From assembly GCA_050273025.1 (NCBI GenBank), contig CP158635.1, positions 15,996,001 through 16,060,000 on the forward strand: a stretch of DNA of 64,000 bases, in the 5' to 3' direction. The DNA is from Cenococcum geophilum. Taxonomy: Eukaryota. This document shows positions 48,401 to 61,200 of this stretch, piece by piece. The notes under the pieces are model-generated. The model ran no database searches and was not told the origin of the DNA. It saw only the letters and a program-made list of their open reading frames with translations. How positions within the stretch are numbered: the stretch's first letter is position 1; each line of letters begins with the position of its first letter. Made by a program: the position numbers and the translations under genes.

Positions 48401-51321
48401 ACCTAGGTCCCTTCTAAGTTAAGGAATGAATTGGTAAGCTAGCCTATTGTCTCTAGCTACCCCTATCTATAGCCTATATATATTTAGTGTTTTATATAAA
48501 CCTACTAGAGCTATGGCATAGACTATTACCGGAAAAGAACTTCCGTCTAGGCCCAATTAAACACCTTAAGGTGGTGGGCGAGCGGTATAAGGTTGAAGCT
48601 ATACTATGCTATAAGTCTGTTAAGAATAAGCTTTAATTTGAAGTTAAATGGCTAGGCTAGCCTGCTAAGGACTCTATATGGGAACTAGAGGATTACCTTA
48701 ATTATTGCGAAGATATTCTAAAAGAATACTGGGACTAAGGTCCATAATCTGCAAATTATAGAAAGCGCTCTAATACTATGGTGTTATTGCGACCTATAAA
48801 GAAAGCTCGCGAAAAGAGTAAATAGGTTAAATTAGATATGGAACGGACAAGCTCCGGAAACTATAAGGATTAGGGCTATAGCCTAAGGCAGGACTGGTCC
48901 TTAGCCTTTTCACATATATAGTATAGAATTAATAGGGCATTTTGCTAAAATTGTATACCTATTAATTAATTTATACTAGGAATACTGTTTTTAGGGCTCC
49001 TAAGCCCTTTCTAAAAGCCTTATAAGGCCTTTCTAAGCACCTAATCGAGGTCCTCGATTGCTACTATATATAAAAACGAATCCCAAAAGTCTAAACCATA
49101 AATGCCTAATCTAAAAAGCCACTATACCTTATCCTTAGGAGTAGGATTAGTATTTATCGGCCCTCTAAGGGATGGCTAACGAGAATAAGATCTAGAACCC
49201 TTGGTAGGGGTATGGGTAGGCATAAAAATAGGGGTAGGACGATAAGGTGTAGCTAAAGCAAAGACTCTTAAACGCTTAACACTAATATTAGGTCTAAACC
49301 AATACTAATAAAGCTTCTAGGGAGTAAGCTTATAGTTAATAAAGACACGCTTAAGCCTAGAATAAACAGAGACGTTAGCTAGCTGGCATAGTCTAGAACT
49401 ACCGAGATCTTGCTACGGCAACTATTAGTTACCTATTCGCTAGGTACCCAAAGGGTAACCTACCTAATACCGTATTATGTTATGCTCTTTTAAAACTTAA
49501 CGCGCATACGCGAACTTCTTCCTATAGTAGACGGCAACCTTCTTCTTATTACCCCTATCCTGTACCCTATCCTTAGTATACCAACCTTACTCTCGCATTA
49601 GGCGTTGCTGGCTAGCTTGCTAAGAATTATAGGCGGTGTAGATGGCTGTAGCATAGTCTTAAATGCGACCCAGATATTTAGCATTAGCGCTTAAATGGGA
49701 AAGAGCCCGGGCGATATAGTAGTTAAGGACATTAAAGGAACGTCGCCACTTAGGCCTAGGCTATTAAAGTCAGTAATGGAAATCTATTAAGGATAGAAAA
49801 GCTCACCTTAACGCAACTGCCGCTCTTAGTACGCATGCATTAATTATAAGGACTAAAGGTATTAGATCTGACGTAGTGCGTCTTATTATAAGCCTCTAAA
49901 ATCCTATTATTAGATTTCTGGTCTTTTAAAGACGTGCAGGCAAAATCATTTAGGTAGGACTAGCACTAGTTACGAGTTAGTGGGGGTTAAGGTTCTATGT
50001 GTAAAGGCAAGGCCAGGATACGCTGTGGAATTTACTTAAAAGAGTAGTTAGTAGGAGAACGAAGAGGCATATTAAATTAATAATGAAAAAGAAGAAAATC
50101 TTAATGATATATTAAAGATACGTCTAAATTAGACGAAGGTTAATAATGGGAAGTAAGGTGTTAAGGAAAAGGATTAAGCTCGATAAGTAAAGTATCTTTA
50201 TACTTCACCGTCTAATACCCTTCTAGTAAATAGCCGCAACCTTGCCAATATAACTCCGTTATAATAGCGCTATTTAAAAGGAAGGAAACACGCGTATAAG
50301 TTATTTAACTATTACTTCCTTATAAAAACTGACTACGCGGCCGGGGGAAGGTAATTAAGACGTTAAATTAAAGACATATATAGGTTAAATTAAACCTAAA
50401 ACAATACTATAGTATTAAAGAACAACGTTATAGACGTTCTTAATAATCGTATAATAGCTACAATTACTATTACAAAATGTCCCTGTTTACTAGGCAGTAG
50501 AGCTACGCCAAATATATAGTATAGGACTACTAGATTTAAAACTATATGCACTAAATATTAAGAGATAAGTCTCTTTAACTAACTAATTAATACCTCAACT
50601 GTATCTAATAGCCTAAGGGCAAATGCGGGAGCAATGCGTTAGTAACATAGGGGATTATAAGAAAAGGATTATAAGAAAGGATTATAGACTATATCTTAGC
50701 AGTTAAAGACAACGGCAAGCCAAGGCTCTGTACGTTAAATCCCATACTAAAGGTTCTACGGAACTATACTAGAATACTAAATTGCCTATAATACTCGTAA
50801 TTAATTATAGACCGGCATAAAGGCTTAAAAGCAGAGTTATATAAAAATCCCTATATTAGCCCAAGTAGTCACTAGCATGCTTCCGGTAGGCTTCCAATAG
50901 GTCTCCTAGCAATCCTCGCGTCTTTTCTCTAGTTATGTTTTTTCCTTATTGAGGTTTTTTAGGAGTTTAAAGTAGGGGTTAGATAAATAGATAATATATA
51001 GCGGTATACCAATATCTCTCCAAACCTCTTCCGGGACGAGCCCTTATAATCTCCCTACCGCAAGGTAATGGCGATCGGGGGCCGACCGCAAGAAGGGGGG
51101 GGGCAATGTAAGGGATATTATTGCGGACACCTCGGGTTGCCCTTAAGACAACCCCCGGACGCCCCTCGGATAGTCGCCGGTCACGTGCCAGAGGCACGTG
51201 CCCGTAGTATATAGTCTCCACGATCCTAGAGGCCTTACCTCCTTAAGGATTTGTCTCTCTTACTAATCTATCCTATTCTAATTGTGTCCTTATAGCCCCC
51301 TGTCTACAAGATCCCCTTATA
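42429..51321 (+). mobile_element. Ty3/Gypsy chromovirus family 2, copy E, 8893 bp, inserted in RNase H of B
   Basis: 215-bp LTRs 42429-42643 and 51107-51321. TSD GTTAT at 42424-42428 and 51322-51326. PPT AGAAGGGGGGGGG ~51091. DSGA ~44530, YLDD ~45887, DGQTERQN 47941, chromodomain ~48580-48740, then a ~2.3-kb 3' extension. Confidence 0.95.
48960..50070 (-). pseudogene. Antisense two-exon gene in element E with a six-Cys motif
   Basis: ATG 50070 and an 88-codon exon 1. Intact intron 49806-49761 (GTGAGC...CTGAC...TAG). Exon 2 is ~265 codons with only TAA/TAG stops. The 3' end is approximate. Confidence 0.65.
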
Positions 51322-52347
51322 GTTATTTTCCAACTATAGTATGCCACTAAATGCTATATATTCTTATACTTCTATAGTAAACATACTCCTAATATAAAGT
51401 CTAATATATCTATTTCTATAACCGTGTCTAGTTCTAGTTAGTAGATTTTAAGGATTGGCTTCTAGGTAAATAACTCCTTAAGTTCCTTAAATAACTTTTT
51501 TTACTTATCTCCCTATACCTATAGTTCCTCTTTCTTTATAAGCCTAGTAAAAGGTTTAATATTCTTTAACTATTATACTATAAACCTCCTATAGTAGTTA
51601 CAAAACCCTAGAAATAACCTTAACTGCGTTATATTCTCTAGTTCTTACTAACTCATTATAGCTTTAATTTTCTTTAGGTCTATACTAATATAACCTAGTT
51701 TAATAATAAATCTAACGAAATCTGTTTTTTAATAAAGAACTTACATTTTTTAATTACTACTAGTATTTATTCTTCTTATAGTCTCTTTAAGACCCATTTA
51801 ACGTGTTCCCTATATTCTTCCTTAGTTATTAAGTAGATAATAATGTCGTTAAGGTATACTATAATAAACTCATTAAGGTATTCTCCTAATATACTATTAA
51901 TTCGTTTTTAAAACATTGCCGGTGTATTTATTAATCCAAACTATATTACCAATAGTTTATATAGTCCTTCTTTTAATCTAAAAGCTGCCTTTTATTTATC
52001 GCCTTCCTTAATTCTAATCTAATGGTACACCTATCTTAGATCTATCTTTATAAAGATTTATATATTACCTATCCTATCTTAGATTTCACTAATTAAGGGT
52101 AAAGAATACCTATCCTTTTAAGTGATGCTATTTAACTATCTATAGTTAATATATAGCCTAAGTTTTCCGTTCTTCTTTAGTACGAACAGTACTGGATATC
52201 CTACTAATAACTGCAATAGTCTAATATATCCCTTTTATAAGTTCTCCTAAATAAACTCTTTAAGTGCTCTTAACTCCTCTTAAGTAAGCTTATAGGTTAA
52301 AAAGAACCTTAGACTTATTCCTAGTTCTAACTCTATCTTATAGTCCT

Positions 52348-55300
52348 TGTTACAGGACACCCCCGTAACACCTTGCACATATCTACCTGTTTCCACCGAC
52401 TTAGCAATTAGAGACTAACCGCGAAATAGCAATCTAACGGCAATCTAATGGCAATCTAACGGCAATCTACGGCATTCTGCTATATTCTGCCAAGTTTCAC
52501 CAAATTCTGCTAAGTTCTGCCAGGACTACAACCTAAACCCTATTCTGCCTATGTACGTGTTAACTAAGCAACTAAGTTAACGATATATGCCCTTTCTTCC
52601 CGTTTCCCTACCTTCTTTCCTTATACAACGTCTTAACTTTATCACGTAGTTTATATATATAGCTTAATAATACCTACTTCGCTATATATTATTACCGCTT
52701 ATACTTACTCCGTAACACTACGTTACGTTAAAAACTTACACTACCCTCCGAAAATACAGAACGACCCTAAAGCCCCTATAACGGCCGACGCTATTATAGC
52801 CGCACTCTGAGAATAATTAGTAGGTATACAGAAGTCCTTTATAGACGCCCTTATATAGCACTAAGCCACTTTAACTTAATAGTAAGCTAAATAAGAAGCA
52901 CGATAATAATAATTAATTAAAGCACTTTAAGAAGAAGTCCGTATCCTTAAGATGCCTATATTAAGGCCCTAAGACTAAATGCTATCTCTAGAGATAAATA
53001 CGCGGAACGCAAGCCCCGAATTAGTAGTAGTTACTTACCCTATAGAGCCGACTACCGCACTAAAACAATCTGAGAAACTACTAGACCCCCTAGTATTTAC
53101 TGGTAAATAATAAGAGCTTTGGTTATTCTTAAGCCGGCTTAAAAATAAGCTAACCGGTAATACTAACCGCTACCTAACCAAAGCTAACCGACTCTATTAC
53201 GCCCTAAGTTAACTAAAAGGAGACGCAGCTAACCTTATTAAATCTCTCTAACCAAACTTAGTATAAAGCCTAGTTACACTTCTTAAAGCTATATACGGTG
53301 ACCCAAACCGCCAAGCTACTGCTTAAAGAAAGATAAACTAAATAACTTAAGAAAAGAAAAGTTTCCTAGTATACTTCTCCAAATTTAACTACTACGTAAA
53401 GGAAATAGGCTAGAATAACTCCGCACTAATTAATAGCCTTATTAAATCCCTAAGCCCTAAACTAAAAACCTCCCTAATAGGCGTAGACCTCCTGGAAACT
53501 TTTAATGCCTATATAAACGTTATTAACAAACGGTATAATGATATACTACGCCTTATACTAAAGCCCGTTTATTAGTATAATATAATAACTCTGTAAACGC
53601 CCACTAAGTTATTGTCTTAACCTAAGCACCTTAACGCTATGGATATTAACACTGGGAACCTAGGATATGCCCTATTAGGGTCCTCTAAATAAGAACGACG
53701 TATTAAGCTAGGCCTTTGCTTTAAATATAAAAGCGGCTCCCACCTCTTAAACTACTGCTTTGTTCCTATACCCTAAAACGATTTACGAATAGCTAGCACT
53801 AGCAGCCGTTTACTATATCGATCTTCCGGTTACCGTCCCCAATCTTTATCTAGTTCTAGCCCTACGTCTAGTAAGCACCACTTATGAGGATAAAGCTCCA
53901 ACTAACGTCCTATAAGAACCCCGCCCTAATTGCCTTTAAAAGGAAGGTCCTAGAGCTAAGTCGCTTTTTGGGACGGCTCTGCTATAGGATCTCGTTAAAC
54001 GTATTTAACGTTACAAACTCTGACTCTTAGGACTGTAGTATAACTATTAACTACCGCCTTTAGCAGAATAGTTAAAAGGCTAATGCTTGAATTCTAATTA
54101 ATATAGGAGCTAGCGGTATAGGATTTATTAACAGGATCTTTGCGTAAGATAATGGTTTTACCTTAACCCCCCTTAACCGGCATATTAATGTATTTAGATT
54201 TAATAGCAAACGCACCGTCTTAGGCCGTATTACCTATATGGTAGCCCTAAGACTCTAATACCTAAACCATAAAGAACTAATTAAGCTTTTTGTTACTACC
54301 CTAGGTTACCTAGTAATCCTTAGATAACCCTAGATAAAGCTATATAAAGTAACCATTAATTAGGATAACCTTAAGCTTCTATTTACCGCCTCCTATTATA
54401 AGTAGAAGTGTTATATAATATACCGCCTTAACCCTAAACTAAAATCTAGGAAATCCGCTAAGATCCACCAGCCTAAGATTTCCACTAATATCTACCCCGC
54501 GCCTAAGAAATCCACTAAATTCCACTAACCTAGGAATTCCACTAAACTCTACGAATTGGCCCTAAGCACTGTACCGCCCTAAGCTAAGCAAAAGCTTAAG
54601 CTCTATACACGAAAATACCAAAAGGACTAGTATTCCACTATAAAAAGGATTCTTAAAGAACCCGAACCTAAATCTAACACTAACTCTATACCTAATACCG
54701 AACTTAAACCTGAATAAGAAACTATGGATAATCTAAGCGAGCTTGGTACCCTAGATATCCATATAATTAGAGCTACCCCGCTAGCGTAACTTGCTAAGAA
54801 ACCCGAATATATAATCTTCGCTGTTACTATAGCTGATATTAAAAAGGCCTTAGCACCAAAAAAGCACACTAACCCTGCTACGAAGGTACTAGTAGAGTAC
54901 TATAACCGCCTAGAGGCATTCTTATAGAAGGAAGCTAATAAGCTACCGGAATACTAATTGTACGACTATAAGATTATACTTGAAGAAGGAAAGCAGCCTA
55001 GATTTAGACCCTTATACGGGATGTCCTAAAATGAACTCTAAGTACTATAAAAGTATTTAGATGAGAACCTGAGTAAAGGATTTATTAGAGCAAGCTTATC
55101 GCCTATAGCCGTACTAGTAATCTTTGTTAAGAAACCCGGCGGCAGTTTGTGCTTTTGTATAGACTACCGAGCTCTTAACGCTATTACCATTAAAAACCGA
55201 TATCCGATCCCGTTAATATAGGAAATACTAAACTAACTAAGTAAGGCTTGCTACTATATAAAGCTTAATATTATCTCTGCATTTAACCGCCTCCGTATAG

Positions 55301-58260
55301 CAAAAGGAGATAAATGGCTTACTGCATTTCGTACTCGGTATAGACTATTTAAATATTTAGTAACGCCATTTGGCCTCGTAAACGCTCTAAGCTTGTTTTA
55401 ACATTATATAAATAACACCCTACGCCCCTACCTGGATATCTTCTGTACTGCTTATATTAACGATATCTTAATATATAGTAATAACCTGACTAAATATTGG
55501 AAATACGTTAATTTTGTCCTATAAGCCCTGCACGGAGCTAGTTTATAATTAGATGTAGATAAATGCGAGTTCTATAAAACGGAAGTCCTATACCTTAAAC
55601 TCCTTATTTCTATAAACAGTATATAAATGGACCTAAAGAAAGTTAAAGTAATTATAAACTGGTAAGAACCTAAGAACGTTAAGGACGTAAGAGCCTTTAT
55701 AGGATTTACTAATTTCTACTAACAGTTTATTGATAACTTCTCTGCCTTAGTTTTACCCCTTATAGCTCTAACCCAAAAGGATAAAGTCTTTGTCTTTAAT
55801 AAGGAATGTAAGAAGGCCTTTACCTATCTAAAGATTATGTTTACTACTGCGCCCATGCTCTAACACTTTGACCTAAACCGAATAAGTGTTATAGAAGCCA
55901 ACTTATCTAACTATGTTACTAGAGGCATCCTGTCTTAATATAACGAGGATAGAGTATTGCACCCTATAGCATACTTCTTAAAATGACTAAGCCTAGCCGA
56001 ATGTAACTATAAGATCTACGATAAGGAATTATTAACTATTATTAGATATTTTAAACAATAGCGACCTAAACTAGAAGGCGCTGGATTTCTAATTAAGGTC
56101 CTTAGCGACTATAAGAACCTACAGTACTTTACAACCACAAAACAGCTAAGTCATTATTAGGCCCGCTGGTTAGAATATCTGTCTTATTTCTAATTCTTAA
56201 TTACGTACCGCCTAGGCGTCTAAGGCTAGAAGCCTAATGCTCTAACTTGACGCTCGCAAGACGCGCCAGCCTTAGAAGAAGCGCGCTCTTACCAAAATTA
56301 GACCCTACTTCGCCCTAAACTATTTAACCCTTCTACTAAAGATCTTACGGTATACGTCCTTAAAATAACTGATTAATTGATTAAACAGATTATAGTTAAT
56401 AAATACCTAAATAACGAGTTTATTTAAGAGACACTTAAGCTAATGTAAGATGGCATTAGACGCTCTAAAAAGATTTCTCTAAATAAATATAAAGCCTATA
56501 AAAACCGCTTATATTACTGGAACCATCTAGTTATCCCTAATTATAATAAGCTTAAGCTTAAACTCCTTAAACACGTATATGATCTACCTGTTGCCGGCTA
56601 CCCGGGCCAAAAAAAGACCCTAGAACTACTTTAATGGGAGTATTATTAGCCGAATATGCATAATATAATATAAAGGTACGTCTCTAGCTGCCACACCTAT
56701 TAATAAGCTAAAGCCTCGCATGAGACGTATAACGGTCTTTTAAAGCCGCTGCCTGTTCTAAACTAAAGATGGAGGGATATCTTAATTAACTTTGTTGTTA
56801 ACCTTCCTAAGAGTAGAGGCTGCACGAATATTATAGTAGTTGTAGACCGACTATCTAAAATAAAACACTTAATCGCCTGCCCTAATATATTAACGCCTGC
56901 TATTGCCTAACTATTTTTAGATTACGTATAGAAACTCTACGGACTCCCTAAAATGATTATCTCTAATAAAAACAGCCAGTTTATCTTAGTATTCTGGAAA
57001 AAACTAACTACTTAACTCCGTATTAAAGTACTGTTGTCTACCGCGTATTACCTAAAAACGGATAACTAAACGGAACGCGTAAATGCTATAATGGAATAGT
57101 ATATTTAGATATACACGTCGTATTTATAGGATAATTGGATTAACTAGCTTGTATTCGCCAAGTTTACTATAAATAACTCCGTCTCGGAAACTATAAAAGT
57201 CTCCCCGTTCCTAGCTAATTACGGCTAGTACCCACAAATGGGTTTTAAACCCTTTAGTAATATTCCTTACCCCGCTTATCACGCCTTATAAATTGTAGAA
57301 GCAAATAAATTTGTAGAGAAGATAGAGGAACTATAACAGTTCCTTACTAATAAGATAATATGGGCTTAATCTGTCTATAAAGCCGCAGCGAATAAGAAAT
57401 AAACCCTAGCACTGGCTTACTAAATTAGTAATTTTGTCTGGCTAGATATAAGAAATCTAAACATAAAACAACCTACTAAGAAACTTAATTAGAAGAACGC
57501 TGGCCCTTATAAGGTTAAAAAGGTTATCTCTCCTTATACCTACCAATTAAAGCTCCCTAATACGGTTAAAATCCACCCCATATTCTATACGTCAGTCCTC
57601 CGCCCTACTACCCCCATATTAAACGCCCTGCCTAGATAGATATAAGACCCTCCCCTACTAGTTGAAGTGGATGGTGAGAATAAGTACTTTATTAAAAGAA
57701 TTGATAATATTAAGTACGATAAACGGAAACGCTAATATATATATCTTATAAAATGGAGAGGCTTTACTAAGTCCTTATGGGAACCCGTTAACTCTATAGG
57801 ACTTATATAAGCCGCAGAAGACTTTTATAAACTCTACCTAGAACTACCATAGCCCTATCTCGCAGAAGCTTAAGTTTAAAGGGGGGGTACTGTTACGGGA
57901 TACCCCTATAACACCTTACACACGTCCACCTGTTTCCACTAACTTAGCAATTAGAGACTAACTGCGAAATGGCAATCTAATGGCAATATAATAGCAATCT
58001 AACGGTAATCTACGGCATTCTGCTATATTCTGCCAAGTTCCACTAAATTCTACTAAGTTCTGCTAGGACTACGACCTGAACCCTATTCTGCCTATATACG
58101 TGTTAACTAAGCAACTAAGTTAACAATATATGCCCTTTCTTCCCGTTTCCCTACCTTCTTTCCTTACGCAACGTCTTAACTTTATCACGCAGTTTATATA
58201 TATAGCTTAATAATACCTACTTCGCTATATATTATCACCGCTTATGCTTACTCCGTGACA
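52348..58260 (+). mobile_element. Ty3/Gypsy chromovirus family 3, copy F, 5913 bp, inserted in pol of B
   Basis: 370-bp LTRs 52348-52717 and 57891-58260. TSD GTCCT at 52343-52347 and 58261-58265. CCHC knuckle ~53711-53758, KKPGGSL.FC.DYRALN ~55130, YIDD ~55453, chromodomain ~57680-57840, G-rich PPT 57879-57887. Confidence 0.95.
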
Positions 58261-61200
58261 GTCCTATGCTATATAATCTACTAGCTTTTTACTTTCTAGG
58301 CTCTATAGCTTTTTGCTATACTTATAGTATCTCTTTAGTATATAACTTAAGCCTCGCTTAATCTCTTTATATATTACTCTAACTTAGTACTATACTAACT
58401 TGGTTTATTATTATATCTTATAACGTTAAATATCCCTAATATTAACCTATTCTGTAATCTAATTAATCTTTAGATTATATTCCTGTAACTAAGGTATTCC
58501 TAATACTACCTTATCCCGTCCTAATAGTAGGATATTAAAAGACATCTTAATTTGTCTCCCTTTAATAGTTATCTAAATAGGTCCTATTTTAAGGTTAATA
58601 ATACCTCCTCTATAGGCTATCGGATCTCCTAAAATTATAACTAATAGGTAAGGCTGTTCCTTCTATCTATAAGGTAATCCTATTTTTTTTACTACTACTA
58701 GTAAGATATAGTTCCTTATTACTCCACTATCTATTAGTGCTTTAAACTTCTAATCTTGCTAATTAACTTGTAAATTTAGGTATTATCCTTAAATTCCTTT
58801 AAGGGTCTAAGGCTCTACTACTAGCTCCCTCTAGTTTTATAGGCCTCTACTTTTCCTAACTATTAGCTATTTAATCCTTATATACTTAGCTTACTCTTTA
58901 GCTAATACCTAGTTCGCTTCTTATCCTCTATATACTATAGATATATATTCTTTAGGCATTTCCACCACTATTATCTATCTAAGCATTCTTCCGTAAGGAA
59001 TCTTCCTAGTTAAAGTATTAAGTCTCTTAACTCCTAAACTTTTACTAGATGCCAGCTGTGTATATACTTAGTATTTCTATACTATTACTTATCTAGCGCC
59101 TAATATATTCTTATAAGGTACTTCTAATTTTTCTCTTTTAGATTCTTATGCATTTTGTATATATTATCCATATATATAATCTATAATAGCGTATAGTATA
59201 CTAGGTGCTTTAGGTTAACTCTTAACTTATCTTTATCTTTAAGTTTAAACCTTTACCGTGTTAATCTAAACGTTATAACTTTATTCGCGGGTACTAAGAT
59301 ATATCTCTCGCTTCTCTAGTCCTCTAATTATTCCTCTAAATCCTTTAATATTATAATTAAGGCTCCTTTAATATAAGTTATAGCCTTTTCTATAATTAGG
59401 TAGTCCTAAATAACTTATTTATCTAACTACATATAGAAATCTTCCCACTTATTATTGTATTATTGCCTATACTACTTTTAGTATAGCTATTAAAGTATAT
59501 ACGGCTTATCTGTAAGGAAGTATCTCCTTATTACTATATTATAATAGCCCTTTATATACCGTTCCTTAAATCTAGTTAGAATTCCTAGATCCTCTTTATC
59601 TTCTAGTTTAGTAAGTTACTTAGCTCTTAGCGTGCCTACCCTAGACCTATTAGTAATTCTTTATATAGGCGCTCTATCCCTTATATAACCTAGTGTACTA
59701 GATCTCTAATCTAGTTTCTATTCTTACTATATAAGGATTCTTTATCTAAACTCCCCTATGTTTTCTTTTAGTTTTCGCCTTATAAGTAGATCCTTAAAGT
59801 CTTCCTACTTCTTAATCTTAGTTTATTTAATAGTCCTTATTTACGTCTAGAAATCTTAGTCTTATGGGATTCTTAATCCTAAGCTTGCTTCTATCTTAAG
59901 CTTAACTCTAGCCTTAGTTTAACTAGGCTTCTATAGTGTTCTTATCTTATCTTAAGAATCTTATACCTTTAGGAAACTTCGTCCTAAGCTTATTTATATA
60001 TTACTAAACTAAGCCGTTGCTCTGCTCTATTGGTTATTGTCCATTATAGGTCCTTAAGCTTATCTCATCCCGTCTTAGGAATCTTAAGCGTCCCTTATCT
60101 TATTTTAAGAATCTTAAGCCTGTAGCCTTTTACCTTTATTAAGTGCTAAAGTGGTTTATTATCCTACTTCTCTTACGTTTTATAAAGCGATAGATATTAT
60201 ATCTAGTAGGGTCTTAATCCCTACTAATGTTCTCTATTCTGTAGTAGAATTATCCTTTACCTCATTTATAACATCTCTAAGGTCTATATACTTTTAGTAA
60301 GCTGCCTTTATTACCTTATTATTACTAAATATTTCATCTATATCGAATTTATTGTCCTTAATGTCCGATCTGCGAACTGGTTCATTAGTTCCTCTAAACT
60401 CTAATAATTTTAGCTCCTATGGCTAATAGCTTACGCTATACTTAGCATCCTTATAAATTTGGTATGCGTTATTATAACAAAACGCAAAACTTCTAATTAA
60501 ACATTCTTTTGTTCCTCGCAGTACACTATTATCCCTTTATATATATATATCTTCCGCTAATCTTATTCCTTTTACTATATAGTAACTCTAACCACTCTTA
60601 TAGTCTTTAATATAATAACCTTATTTTCCGCAATTTATATAAGCTCCTTCTTTAAACCATTTTTCTTGCTATAGAGTCCGCCTAAACGTCTTCTACTATT
60701 AAAATCCCTAATTCGGCCTCTGCTCCTTAGACCTTTAATTACTTAATCCTTATCCTCTAGGTTTCTATAGTTATTTATTCTATTTTCTATTTTCTTTAGT
60801 ACTACTTAGGTCCATTAGCTCTATGCCATACTATAGTTTTTAACTTTAACTTTGTTATTGCGTACTCTGCGCCTTATATAACTATAGAACTCTATCCTAA
60901 CCCTTTTTAGTCTACTCTCTTTAGTAGATCCTATTATCGATCTTAATTACTTAATTAATTAAATCCCTAAGAGTATCCACATCTTCTATTAGGATAATTA
61001 CGTCCTAGACTTTCGCTTTAAGTCCTTATTTATACTATACTATAAGCGCCTTATTATTCTATTTAACTTATATTGCTAATATTTAAAACTACGTCGTATA
61101 CTTAATTACTAAAGTCCTTTATACTAGGTTTTAAAGTTTTTATTCCGCTATAGTAGTTACCTCTAGGTCTTTAAACATCTATATTAAGTATTCTATAAAC

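Noticed and set aside
52420..52525. GGCAATCTAA and TTCTGC tandem repeats as an independent satellite
   Set aside because: They are part of the F LTR U3 and recur in the 3' LTR at ~57965-58070.
42744..54869. Minus-strand ORF-track calls at 42744, 47897, 50979 and 54627
   Set aside because: Antisense shadows of gag, pol or LTR sequence with no splice signals or conserved motif, unlike the antisense genes reported.
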